Shown here piece by piece: positions 28,222 to 37,443 of a stretch of 64,000 bases of DNA. Made by a program: the position numbers and the translations under genes. Each line of letters begins with the position of its first letter. The stretch's first letter is position 1. This DNA is from Faecousia sp. (GTDB lineage Bacteria > Bacillota > Clostridia > Oscillospirales > Oscillospiraceae), in contig JAZSRI010000093.1 of the NCBI GenBank assembly GCA_045538415.1, forward strand, positions 17,236-81,235. Reading direction: 5' to 3'. The notes beneath the pieces are model-generated. The model saw nothing but the letters and a program-made list of their open reading frames with translations, had not been told where the DNA came from and ran no database searches.

Positions 28222-29520
28222 ATGACAGATTTGACAAATCAGAATTTTGAAAACATAGTACTGCCGGGCAACTCAAATTGGAAGATACTGGCGCAAAAGA
28301 CCAACATTGGAACCAAAGAAATTCAGAACCGCATCGTATACCAGGCTATGGAGGGCTGTGACGGAACATACAGTGGCTCTCCGGATGAACTTACACTTCG
28401 CAGATACAAAAGATTTGCTGCCGGTGGTCCCGGTGTTATCTGGGTTGAGGCTACCGCGGTTGTCCATGAGGGCAGAGCAAATCCCAGACAGCTATACCTC
28501 AACGAGGATTCGCTGGATGACTTTAAGCGCCTGTGTGAATTGATAAAGGAAACGTCTTTTAAAGCAAATGGGTTTGAGCCCTTTGTTTGTGTACAGCTCA
28601 CGCATTCCGGCCGCCACAGTAAACCTGAGGGTGTTCCGGCGCCTATTATAGCGTACAGAAATCCTTATTTTGAGAAAAAAGTTTCTGTTACCGATGAAAA
28701 TATCATCTCTGACGATGGTCTTGACCGCCTCAAAGATGCCCTTATCAGCGGCGCAATTTTGGCGGAAAAGGCGGGGTTTGACGGGGCTGATATTAAGTCA
28801 TGCCATGGTTATCTGCTTTGTGAGCTGCTGTCGGCCTACAACCGTCCCGGTAAGTACGGTGGGTCTTTTGAGAACCGCACACGTTTGCTGCGAGAGTCCG
28901 TTGAGGAATCTGTGAAATGCACTTCTGCAGAATTTGTGATTGCAAGCCGCTTGAATATCTATGATGGCTTCCCGTATCCATATGGTTTCGCTGTCGCACC
29001 GGGTAGTGGAGTAGCCCCTGATTACACAGAATCCAAGAAACTGCTGTCTGATCTGGCAGACGCGGGTGCTGGACTGCTTAACCTGACAATGGGTAATCCT
29101 TATGTGAATCCACATGTAAACCGTCCCAGTAGAATTTGTCCGTACACTCCGGATGAATCAGCTGCTGCGGGTGTGAACAGAATGCTCACCGGTATCGCGG
29201 AAACCGCCGCAGCGGTAAAGAATCGCGTCCCCATTGTATGTTCCGGATTGAGTTATCTGGCGGAGAATGCTCCCAATGTTGCCGCTGGCTGTATTGAAAA
29301 TAATTGGTTCCAGTTTGCCGGGTTTGGACGGGAAGCGTTTGCCTATCCGAATATTGCAAAAGATATCTGTGTGGATGGTAATATCGATAAAAAGCAGCTG
29401 TGTATAACTTGCAGTAAGTGTACGGAGTTAATGAGAAATGGTGGAACCGCAGGGTGTGTGATTCGCGATACGGAGGTTTATGCCCCGCTCTATAAAAAAT
29501 ATGTCTTAAAGAAGGAGTGA
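28222..29520 (+). CDS. NADH:flavin oxidoreductase (Old Yellow Enzyme family) with C-terminal Cys cluster
   Basis: NRIVYQAMEG, QLTHSGR, AGFDGADIKSCHGYL, YGGSFENR.R, CITCSKC...GC. Confidence 0.88.
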   Translation: MTDLTNQNFENIVLPGNSNWKILAQKTNIGTKEIQNRIVYQAMEGCDGTYSGSPDELTLRRYKRFAAGGPGVIWVEATAVVHEGRANPRQLYLNEDSLDDFKRLCELIKETSFKANGFEPFVCVQLTHSGRHSKPEGVPAPIIAYRNPYFEKKVSVTDENIISDDGLDRLKDALISGAILAEKAGFDGADIKSCHGYLLCELLSAYNRPGKYGGSFENRTRLLRESVEESVKCTSAEFVIASRLNIYDGFPYPYGFAVAPGSGVAPDYTESKKLLSDLADAGAGLLNLTMGNPYVNPHVNRPSRICPYTPDESAAAGVNRMLTGIAETAAAVKNRVPIVCSGLSYLAENAPNVAAGCIENNWFQFAGFGREAFAYPNIAKDICVDGNIDKKQLCITCSKCTELMRNGGTAGCVIRDTEVYAPLYKKYVLKKE

Positions 29521-29528
29521 ATTGTAAT

Positions 29529-30287
29529 ATGGAGAAATACGCACTGGTGACCGGCGCTTGCGGCGGTATCGGATATGCAACAGTGAAGCGGCTGGTTGCG
29601 GACGGCTACAAGGTTCTTGCCACAAGCGCCCGATCTGCCGAAAAAGCAGCCCCCATGTTCATCGAGTACGGAGATTCTGTTCACTACCTTTGCGGTGACA
29701 TCGGTTCGCTCGAGGAGAGGCAGCGTGTAATTGAAGCCGCGGCGAAACTGCCCAGGGTGGATGTTTTGGTGAACGTAGCTGGTGTGGCACCAAAGGTTCG
29801 TACAGACCTTCTGGAAATGACAGAGGAAAGCTATGACCGAGTGATGGACATCAATACAAAGGGTACTTTATTTTTGACACAGGCAATTGCAAAGCTTATG
29901 ATAGGTCAAACACCGGATGAAAAGAATCAGCGTGGATATATCGTGAATATCTCCTCTCTTTCTGCCTATACAAGCTCAGTAAGCAGGGGAGAGTACTGCA
30001 TTTCAAAAGCCGGTGTGTCTATGATTACCAAGTTGTTTGCTGACAGGCTTGCGGACAGCCAAATAACGGTCAATGAGATACGTCCAGGAATCATTGAGAC
30101 CGGTATGACTGCGCCTGTAAAGGCAAAATATGACGGCCTTATCGCAGAAGGTCTTCTACCAAATCCCCGGTGGGGTAAGCCGGAGGACGTTGCAAATGCT
30201 GTGGCTGTGTTTTATAGCGGCGCATTATGTTATACTACAGGTCAGTCAGTGGATGTGGACGGCGGATTCCATATCAGAAGACTTTAA
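29529..30287 (+). CDS. Short-chain dehydrogenase/reductase ('3-ketoacyl-ACP reductase' PRK12745-like)
   Basis: TGACGGIG, AGVAPKVR.DLL, YCISK, VDGGFHIRRL. Confidence 0.9.
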   Translation: MEKYALVTGACGGIGYATVKRLVADGYKVLATSARSAEKAAPMFIEYGDSVHYLCGDIGSLEERQRVIEAAAKLPRVDVLVNVAGVAPKVRTDLLEMTEESYDRVMDINTKGTLFLTQAIAKLMIGQTPDEKNQRGYIVNISSLSAYTSSVSRGEYCISKAGVSMITKLFADRLADSQITVNEIRPGIIETGMTAPVKAKYDGLIAEGLLPNPRWGKPEDVANAVAVFYSGALCYTTGQSVDVDGGFHIRRL

Positions 30288-30310
30288 TTCTCACAAAAGG
30301 AGCTGTTGTT

Positions 30311-32266
30311 GTGGATATTTATCTGAGTGATGAGACAGTTTCTGTTCCGGTGGTTTCCGTGCATACGGTTGTTGTTGGTAGTGGTGCTGCTGGATATAAT
30401 GCCGCTCTTCGTTTAAAAAAGTATGGTGTAGATTCCGTTGCTATTATCACAGAAGGTAAAAATATTGGTACATCCCGTAACACCGGGTCGGATAAACAGA
30501 CCTATTACAAACTGAATCTGTGTGGCACGGCGCCGGATTCTCCTGGCGCAATGGCGCGGGATTTATTCGCCGGTGGCTGTGTAGATGGGGATATTGCCTA
30601 TGCGGAAGCTGCCCTGTCTGTACCATGCTTTTTGCAGCTTGCGGAACTGGGCGTCCCATTCCCGACGAATCGGTACGGAGAGTATATTGGGTATCAGACA
30701 GACCATGATCTTACCGCAAGGGCAACTTCTGCCGGCCCACTGACATCAAAGCTGATGACGCAGTGTTTGGAAAAAAGTGTGGAGTCTGCCGGTATAGAAG
30801 TGTATGATCACTGTTTGGCTGTACAGATTCTGTGTCAAGGCGACCGTGCTATTGGCCTGCTGGCATTAGATTTGGAACAGTCGAAGGAACAGCCGGTTTT
30901 TGTGGTATTCCGCTGTGAAAATATTATCTTTGCTACCGGTGGTCCTGCGGGAATTTACTCTGATACGGTGTATCCCTGTGGACATAGGGGTTCCTCCGGT
31001 GTTGCATTTGAAGCTGGGGTTTACGGTAGGAACCTTACGGAGTGGCAATATGGCTTGGCATCTGTTTCGCCCAGGTGGAATGTTTCCGGTACATACATGC
31101 AGGTACTGCCTAGGTTTGTGTCCGTTGATGCAGACGGACAAGAGTACGAGTTCCTTGCAGAACACTATGGAAAAGGCGCTGACTACCTTTCTCTCGTGTT
31201 TAAAAAAGGGTATGAATGGCCCTTTGATTGTAATAAAGCCCATAACGGTTCTTCTGTCATTGACCTGCTTGTGTACAGAGAGACCGTTCTGCGCAAACGC
31301 CGTGTCTTTCTGGATTACCGCAGCAATCCTGAGGGTTGTTCCCAGCTGGACTATTCCTGCTTAACAGAAGAGGCCCGTGGTTATCTGGAAAAAGCGAATG
31401 CCTGCTTTGGAACGCCTATTGAGCGGCTGATTCATATGAATGAGCCAGCTTATGAGTTGTACCTTTCCAAGGGCGTTGACCTGAAAAAGGAAATGCTTGA
31501 GATCGCCTTGTGTGCTCAGCACAACAATGGCGGCTTGGATATTGACTGTTGGTGGCAAACAAATATCAGACACTTATTTGCTGCAGGCGAGGTTGCGGGA
31601 AGTCATGGCATTTACCGACCGGGAGGAAGCGCCCTGAACGCAGGACAGGTAGGTTCTATGCGTGCTGCGCAGTATATCGCCTATCATAAGCCGGAAGATT
31701 TGCCGGTGGATGAAGCTGATTTTACTCAGTGTGCTTATCAGGCTTTGATAAAGCATTATGATTTCTGCAGGCACCTTTTGTCAGGCGGAAACAACCTGAC
31801 GGGGTATGAAGAGTCTGTCAGGAGCAGAATGAGTGAAGCTGCCGGAGCGATCCGGTCTAGGGATAAAATCTCAAGGCTTATTGATGACAATAAAAAACTC
31901 CTGGCCAATATTGCGGATGAACTTCGTATCCCCAACTGCGCCGCGCTGCGGCGCGCATATCAGCTAAGGGACGCGCTGATTTCTCAGCAGATGTATTTGT
32001 CCGCGATGGCTGATTACGCCCTGCAGGTGGGATTTTCTAGAGGTTCCGCTATTTACACTGCTGCCGATGGAGCAGTAGCAGAGGGCTTGGAAGAAGTTTT
32101 TAGGTTCCGCTTGGGTGACAGTTCCTATAGGGATCAAATCCAGACAGTTCAGTACAGCCCGAATACCATTTCGGTGCAATGGAGACCTGTGCGCCCGCTA
32201 CCTAACGAAAACGAAGCCTTTGAAACGGTTTGGAGAAACTATCGACAAAATAAAAATGTCGATTAA
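30311..32266 (+). CDS. FAD-binding oxidoreductase (SdhA/FrdA/NadB superfamily), substrate unknown
   Basis: VVGSGAAG, ATGGPAG, HNNGG, AAGEVAG.HG.YRPGGSALN; GTG start after AAAGGAG. Confidence 0.85.
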   Translation: MDIYLSDETVSVPVVSVHTVVVGSGAAGYNAALRLKKYGVDSVAIITEGKNIGTSRNTGSDKQTYYKLNLCGTAPDSPGAMARDLFAGGCVDGDIAYAEAALSVPCFLQLAELGVPFPTNRYGEYIGYQTDHDLTARATSAGPLTSKLMTQCLEKSVESAGIEVYDHCLAVQILCQGDRAIGLLALDLEQSKEQPVFVVFRCENIIFATGGPAGIYSDTVYPCGHRGSSGVAFEAGVYGRNLTEWQYGLASVSPRWNVSGTYMQVLPRFVSVDADGQEYEFLAEHYGKGADYLSLVFKKGYEWPFDCNKAHNGSSVIDLLVYRETVLRKRRVFLDYRSNPEGCSQLDYSCLTEEARGYLEKANACFGTPIERLIHMNEPAYELYLSKGVDLKKEMLEIALCAQHNNGGLDIDCWWQTNIRHLFAAGEVAGSHGIYRPGGSALNAGQVGSMRAAQYIAYHKPEDLPVDEADFTQCAYQALIKHYDFCRHLLSGGNNLTGYEESVRSRMSEAAGAIRSRDKISRLIDDNKKLLANIADELRIPNCAALRRAYQLRDALISQQMYLSAMADYALQVGFSRGSAIYTAADGAVAEGLEEVFRFRLGDSSYRDQIQTVQYSPNTISVQWRPVRPLPNENEAFETVWRNYRQNKNVD

Positions 32267-32313
32267 TTTTAAACTGTAATCTTCTAAAATACTTCATTAC
32301 GGAGGAATGAGAC

Positions 32314-33645
32314 ATGTCAGAATTAGCAATTTTTGGTGGACCTAAGGCGATTACCAGAGATCCGGAGGATATGTTCCTCTGGCCCATTGTAACAAAAGAG
32401 GACGAGGATGCGGTTTTGGATGTCCTTCACCGCAGAGCCATGTCCGGAACAGACGTTGCCAGAGCTTTTGAGCAGGACTTTGTTAAGTGGTCCGGCGCAA
32501 AGTATGCCCTTGGCTTTAACAATGGCACTGCTTCTCTGCTGGGTGCCCTGTATGGCTGCGGCGTTCGCAGCGGTGATGAGGTGATTTGCCCCACACTTAC
32601 CTATTGGGCAAGCGCTCTGCCTGTGTATCCCCTGGGTGCGACCCCTGTGTTCGCAAATGTGGATCCTAAGACGCTTTGCATTGATCCGAAAGACATTGAG
32701 CATCGGATTTCCCCCAGAACCAAAGCAATCATGGTTGTTCACTACCTTGGCCATCCTGCGGATATGGATGCAATTATGGACATTGCCAATAAGCACGGCT
32801 TGAAGGTAATTGAAGATGTATCCCACGCTCAGGGCGGCATGTATAAGGGTAGAATGCTGGGTACCATCGGCCATGCAGGCGCTATGTCCCTGATGACCGG
32901 TAAGTCCCTGGCGGTAGGCGAAGCGGGCATGCTTCTGACAAATGATAAGAATGTAATTGATCATGCCATTGTATTGGGACACTACGAGATATTTAATGCA
33001 GATAACGTAGATGCAGAGGATTTGAAGCCGTATTTCGGCCTGCCCATGGGAGGTTACAAATTCCGGATGCACCAGATGAGCGCGGCAATGGGACGTGTGC
33101 AGCTTAAGCACTATGATGAGCGCAGCGCTGAAATTCGTAAGGCAATGAATTATTTCTGGGACTTGCTTGAGGGCGTTCCCGGAATCCGCCCTCACCGTGT
33201 AGACGAGTCTGACGGCAGCACCATGGGCGGTTGGTATATGCCCGGTGGCCTCTATGTTCCGGAGGAGCTTGGTGGTTTGTCTGTCACTCGTTTCATTGAA
33301 GCTGTAATCGCTGAGGGTTATTCCCTCCTGTATGCCGGCGCAAACCTGCCGCTGCATACCCATGGCATTTTCCATACTGCCGACGTTTACGGCCGTGGTA
33401 CACCTACCCGTATCAATTTTACAGACAGAGATGTGCGTGAGCAGGATGCTTCCCTTTGGAAAGCAGTGGATCTTTGTGAGCATCTTTTTGGTGTACCCTG
33501 GTTTAAGCATTACCGTCCTGAGATCATTGAGGAGTATGCCAATGCCTTTAAGAAGGTAGCTTACAATTACAAGGAACTGCTGGCGGGGGATGAAGGAAAT
33601 CCTGAAACACTTGGTGGCTGGCATTTCTTCCGTCATAAGAAGTAA
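32314..33645 (+). CDS. DegT/DnrJ/EryC1/StrS family PLP sugar aminotransferase
   Basis: NNGTASL, GDEVI.P..TY.AS, VVHYLG.PADMD, IEDVSHA, SLMTGKSLAVGEAG (PLP Lys). Confidence 0.92.
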   Translation: MSELAIFGGPKAITRDPEDMFLWPIVTKEDEDAVLDVLHRRAMSGTDVARAFEQDFVKWSGAKYALGFNNGTASLLGALYGCGVRSGDEVICPTLTYWASALPVYPLGATPVFANVDPKTLCIDPKDIEHRISPRTKAIMVVHYLGHPADMDAIMDIANKHGLKVIEDVSHAQGGMYKGRMLGTIGHAGAMSLMTGKSLAVGEAGMLLTNDKNVIDHAIVLGHYEIFNADNVDAEDLKPYFGLPMGGYKFRMHQMSAAMGRVQLKHYDERSAEIRKAMNYFWDLLEGVPGIRPHRVDESDGSTMGGWYMPGGLYVPEELGGLSVTRFIEAVIAEGYSLLYAGANLPLHTHGIFHTADVYGRGTPTRINFTDRDVREQDASLWKAVDLCEHLFGVPWFKHYRPEIIEEYANAFKKVAYNYKELLAGDEGNPETLGGWHFFRHKK

Positions 33646-33722
33646 CCAAAAAATACCACTGGCGTGCCAGTGCTCCTGCGGACCTGTGCCAGCTAACGTA
33701 ATTACTGCAGACCCGAATATCT

Positions 33723-33757
33723 TAAAAATAAGACTGCCGTAGGCAGTCTTATTTTTA
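33723..33757 (+). terminator. Intrinsic terminator after the oxidoreductase cluster
   Basis: TAAAAATAAGACTGCC-GTA-GGCAGTCTTATTTTTA. Confidence 0.85.
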
Positions 33758-33793
33758 TTCCCAATCTATATTCTTATGGTAAGGAGGGATTAC

Positions 33794-34063
33794 ATGAGTT
33801 ACCGCATTGACTACGAGCCCCACAAGGATAAGCTTTATCCAGCATACAAGCCAAGGAAACAATCGCCTGTGGTTTTTATCGGCTGCCTGCTTTTTGTTAT
33901 ATTACTATTTGGCTGCTTTATTCGCTGCAATCCATCTGTTGAGAATACTTATAACGATTCCGTGGAACGACTGTGTATTTGGGTACAGGAGGAAACAGAA
34001 ATTGGACGTAGGACCACAGCATATGCCAGCAAACTGTTAGATTATGAGATTGGCGGAGAATGA
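33794..34063 (+). CDS. Small single-TM hypothetical protein in the position usually held by spoIVFA
   Basis: AAGGAGG RBS; one hydrophobic segment; overlaps the following M50 protease gene. Confidence 0.6.
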   Translation: MSYRIDYEPHKDKLYPAYKPRKQSPVVFIGCLLFVILLFGCFIRCNPSVENTYNDSVERLCIWVQEETEIGRRTTAYASKLLDYEIGGE

Positions 34064-34436
34064 GACAACCATCTCTATCAGCGCAGTTTCACTGATATCT
34101 GCTGTCTTAGCGGTGTATGTTGTTCCCTTACGGTGGCTTCTGGGGTGGTTGCTGTCTGTAGCTGTACATGAAGCTGGACATATTTGTACTGTGCTGATTT
34201 TTGGAGGAAAAATTACTTTTTTCAGTGTTGGACACTTCGGTTGTGTTTTGGAGTGTATGGGATTGACAAGCAGACAGCAGTTAGCGGCAATTGCCGCCGG
34301 TCCGGTGTCTGGCCTGCTTCTGTGTGTGCTTAGTCTGCAGTTTCCATGCATTGCTCTGTGCGCGTTCCTTCATTCTGTATTTAACCTGCTTCCGTTTTAC
34401 CCTCTGGACGGGGGAAGATTGTGGAAAAGAAGATAA
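34044..34436 (+). CDS. Minimal M50 site-2 metalloprotease, SpoIVFB-like
   Basis: HEAGH, IAAGP, FNLLPFYPLDGGR; upstream of TIGR03960 as spoIVFB is in clostridia. Confidence 0.75.
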   Translation: MRLAENETTISISAVSLISAVLAVYVVPLRWLLGWLLSVAVHEAGHICTVLIFGGKITFFSVGHFGCVLECMGLTSRQQLAAIAAGPVSGLLLCVLSLQFPCIALCAFLHSVFNLLPFYPLDGGRLWKRR

Positions 34437-34517
34437 AAGGGGTATGCTGTAAAAATACCTTGCAAATAGGGCTTTTGACGAGTACAATAATTAAGACAAA
34501 TATAGCGAGGTAGAGTT

Positions 34518-36353
34518 ATGACAGAACTGCTCCAAAGAATCCTGCCACAAGTGCAGAAACCTGCGCGGTATACAGGTGGTGAATATAACGAGGTAATCAA
34601 GAATCTGGATGATGTCCGGGTGCGTGTAGCATTTTGTTTCCCGGACACCTATGAGATCGGTATGTCCAATGTGGGCATGCGCATATTGTACGGTATCATG
34701 AACCGGATGGATGGGGTGTGGTGCGAGCGTGTTTTCCATCCCTGGGGGGATATGGAGGACGCTATGCGCAAGCATGGACTGCCTCTTTGGGCGCTGGAAA
34801 GTCAGCATCCGGTAAAAGACTTTGATATGATTGCTTTTACCATTGGTTATGAAATGTGCTACACCAATATTTTAAATATGCTGAATTTAGCTGGCATACC
34901 CATTCATAGCAAGGAGAGAACAGGCCTTAAAAACATTGTGTTTGCCGGTGGCGTCTGTACCTTCAATCCGGAGCCGTTGGCGGATTTTATAGACTTCTTT
35001 TCCTTAGGAGAAGGGGAGGAAATCACAGAGGAAATTATCAGCCTGTACGACAGGGCAAAGGCTGAGGAATGGTCAAAAGAACAGTTCCTGCTTGCTGTAT
35101 CCAAAATCGACGGTGTGTATGTACCCTCTTTTTATGAGCATAGTTATAACGATGACGGAACGATTGCATCGGTGACAGCCAAAAACGGCGCGCCGGAAAC
35201 TGTCACAAAGCGAATCGTTGAGGATTTGGACAAGGCATATTTTCCTACCAAAATGATTGTTGCTTCTACGGAGATTGTGCACGACCGGGGAAATCTTGAG
35301 GTGTTCCGTGGTTGTATTCGGGGATGCCGTTTCTGTCAGGCTGGTTTCTCATGCCGCCCTGTGCGCAGAAAGAGCGCCCAGGTTCTGAAACAACAGGCAA
35401 TTGAAATGCTGGAGGATTCCGGCCATAACGAGATTACACTGTCCAGCCTGTCTACCTCGGATTACCGTGAGCTTAAGGAACTGACTGATGAACTGATTCC
35501 CTATTGCCGTGAGAATCGAATCAATCTGTCTGTGCCGTCCCTGCGGGCGGACAACTTCTCCAGAGAACTGATGGAAAAGCTGCAGACCCTCAGAAAAAGC
35601 GGCCTTACCTTTGCGCCGGAGGCTGGAACACAGCGTTTGCGGGATGTAATCAACAAAAATTTGACAGAGGATGAGATTCTCACTACCTGTGCAAATGCTT
35701 TTTCCGGCGGTTGGAATCATGTAAAACTGTATTTTATGCTGGGCTTGCCCACGGAAACGGATGAGGACGTTCTTGGAATCGCGGATTTGGTTTATAAGGT
35801 GATCCGCACATGGAAAGAGCATGCCAGCAACAAAAAGAGGGGTCTTTGTGTCCATGTAGCTACAGCCTATTTTGTGCCCAAGCCCCATACCCCATTCCAG
35901 TGGGAGAAGCAAATAGAACCGGAGGAATACTTGCGCCGCTGCAGACTTCTCAAGGATCATTTCTACTCTAAATCCATAGAGTATAATTACCATACGCCGG
36001 ATATCAGCCGCCTGGAGGCAGTTACTGCCCGTGGTGACCGGCGTTTGGGCCCTGTTATTGAGGAGGCAGCCAAAAACGGCGCCAAGCTGGATGGCTGGGA
36101 CGAGTATTTTAATTACAAAATTTGGATGGACGCGTTTGAAAAATGCGGCGTTGATCCCAATTTCTATACTGTCCGTGGGTATGGTGAGGTGGAAATCCTT
36201 CCGTGGGACAGGATTGATGTGGGTGTTTCCAAGAAGTTTCTGCTGCGTGAACGGAAAAGAGCATACGAAGAGAAAATTACGCCGGACTGCCGCCTGGGCT
36301 GCGGCGGCTGCGGTGCGGATCGCCTTTTGAAGGAGGTGGAGTGCGATGCCTAG
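34518..36353 (+). CDS. TIGR03960 family B12-binding radical SAM protein
   Basis: KPARYTGGE, FPDTYEIGMS, RGCIRGCRFCQAG (CxxxCxxC), FVPKPHTPFQW. Confidence 0.93.
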   Translation: MTELLQRILPQVQKPARYTGGEYNEVIKNLDDVRVRVAFCFPDTYEIGMSNVGMRILYGIMNRMDGVWCERVFHPWGDMEDAMRKHGLPLWALESQHPVKDFDMIAFTIGYEMCYTNILNMLNLAGIPIHSKERTGLKNIVFAGGVCTFNPEPLADFIDFFSLGEGEEITEEIISLYDRAKAEEWSKEQFLLAVSKIDGVYVPSFYEHSYNDDGTIASVTAKNGAPETVTKRIVEDLDKAYFPTKMIVASTEIVHDRGNLEVFRGCIRGCRFCQAGFSCRPVRRKSAQVLKQQAIEMLEDSGHNEITLSSLSTSDYRELKELTDELIPYCRENRINLSVPSLRADNFSRELMEKLQTLRKSGLTFAPEAGTQRLRDVINKNLTEDEILTTCANAFSGGWNHVKLYFMLGLPTETDEDVLGIADLVYKVIRTWKEHASNKKRGLCVHVATAYFVPKPHTPFQWEKQIEPEEYLRRCRLLKDHFYSKSIEYNYHTPDISRLEAVTARGDRRLGPVIEEAAKNGAKLDGWDEYFNYKIWMDAFEKCGVDPNFYTVRGYGEVEILPWDRIDVGVSKKFLLRERKRAYEEKITPDCRLGCGGCGADRLLKEVECDA

Positions 36354-37005
36354 GCTGCTGTTTGAAAAGACGGGAAATGCTGTCTGGATCTCCCATCTGG
36401 ATCTTATGCGTATGTTTCAGCGTGCCTTTAAGCGGGCCGGTTTGCAGCTGAAGCATAGCCAGGGCTTTAATCCAAGACCCTCTGTTTCCATCGCGCTGCC
36501 TTTGTCCGTAGGCGTGGATAGTAGGTGTGAGCTGCTTGATTTTGAACTTGACGGGCAGGAAGTGTCCGGTGAGCTAATCACAGAGGCACTGAACAGGTCT
36601 TTGATTTCCGGTGTCTGTGTGCGTAGCTGCTACGATGATGGCAGAAAACTCCGCGAACTTGCCTTTTTGCAGTGTGTTGTAACGCTGGAATACGATAATG
36701 GCATCCCTGCTGGTGCGCAGTGGGCAATTGAGGAACTTTTTAGCAGGCAGGAAGTACTCGTTCCCAAGAAAACGAAAAATGGCCTGCAGGAGCAGAATAT
36801 TATCCCTATGGTCTGCAAGTGTTCACTAAATTCCATTGATCCGCATATCCTACAAATAGATGCGCTGGTATGCTGCCAGAATCCTACCCTAAACCCCATG
36901 CAGCTTGCTGCCGCTATCGAACTGTATTTACCGGAGTATAAGGCGGATTTTGTAAAGTGCGCTAGAGTGGAGATTTTTGACGGAAATCAATCTATTTTTA
37001 GATAA
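36346..37005 (+). CDS. TIGR03936 family radical SAM-associated protein (DUF2344)
   Basis: ISHLDLMR.FQRA..RAG, SQGFNPRP, LSVG. Confidence 0.92.
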   Translation: MPRLLFEKTGNAVWISHLDLMRMFQRAFKRAGLQLKHSQGFNPRPSVSIALPLSVGVDSRCELLDFELDGQEVSGELITEALNRSLISGVCVRSCYDDGRKLRELAFLQCVVTLEYDNGIPAGAQWAIEELFSRQEVLVPKKTKNGLQEQNIIPMVCKCSLNSIDPHILQIDALVCCQNPTLNPMQLAAAIELYLPEYKADFVKCARVEIFDGNQSIFR

Positions 37006-37015
37006 GGAGCTTTTT

Positions 37016-37240
37016 ATGGAAGTAAATCCCAATGTGATTTTGGAAGAATGTCCCATCTGCCGGGGCAGTGGATTTTTGGTACATGAAGGCGGGTGGAATG
37101 TGCAGGTAGAATGTACTGACTGCAGCGCCCATACTGTTTATGTGGAGTACGAAACAGAGGAGGAAAAGAAAGAGGCTGAGACTAAGGTGGTCAGACTCTG
37201 GAATCTCGGTAAGGTAATTAAGTCTGATATAGGGGAATAA
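37016..37240 (+). CDS. Small zinc-ribbon protein resembling the Lar restriction-alleviation family
   Basis: L..CPIC.G...V.C.DC.A...WN pattern; AAGGAG RBS. Confidence 0.65.
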   Translation: MEVNPNVILEECPICRGSGFLVHEGGWNVQVECTDCSAHTVYVEYETEEEKKEAETKVVRLWNLGKVIKSDIGE

Positions 37241-37326
37241 ATATTTAAACTTTTTTGAAAAAAGGGCTTGCATTTTGCGAATCGGTGTGCTATTATATCA
37301 AAGCTGTCGTGAGACGCAAGCAAAAT

Positions 37327-37403
37327 CCGGGTTTGGCGAAGTTTGGTATCGCGCTTGAATGGGGTTCAAGAGGCCGCTGGTTCGAATCCAGTAACTCGGA
37401 CCA
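37327..37403 (+). tRNA. tRNA-Pro(GGG)
   Basis: Acceptor CCGGGTT/AACTCGG, anticodon arm CTTGA-ATGGGGT-TCAAG, GTTCGAATC, encoded CCA. Confidence 0.97.
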
Positions 37404-37443
37404 TTAAGACCGAAGGAGTTCACTCCTCCGGTCTTAATTTTTT
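37404..37443 (+). terminator. tRNA terminator
   Basis: TTAAGACCG...CGGTCTTAA hairpin followed by a T run. Confidence 0.8.

Noticed and set aside
28222-29520. Assignment of the OYE as bilirubin reductase or BaiCD/BaiH
   Set aside because: Lacks the HGDR motif reported for BilR, is much shorter than the BaiCD/BaiH-type multi-domain enzymes, and no other bai genes are present
32323-33636. 437-aa ORF antisense to the DegT aminotransferase
   Set aside because: Same shadow-frame artefact; it only indicates host-like codon bias of the sense gene
33657-33675. CACTGGC-GT-GCCAGTG palindrome echoing the CCAGTGG core of the tRNA-linked element, as a possible right island boundary
   Set aside because: Match is too short (about 7 bp) and there is no tRNA 3'-end copy nearby
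26941-37403. Possible single 10-kb integrative element bounded by the two tRNA-Pro genes
   Set aside because: Both tRNAs are complete, with different anticodons and their own promoters; no integrase; the interval includes core genes (spoIVF-like, TIGR03960/TIGR03936)
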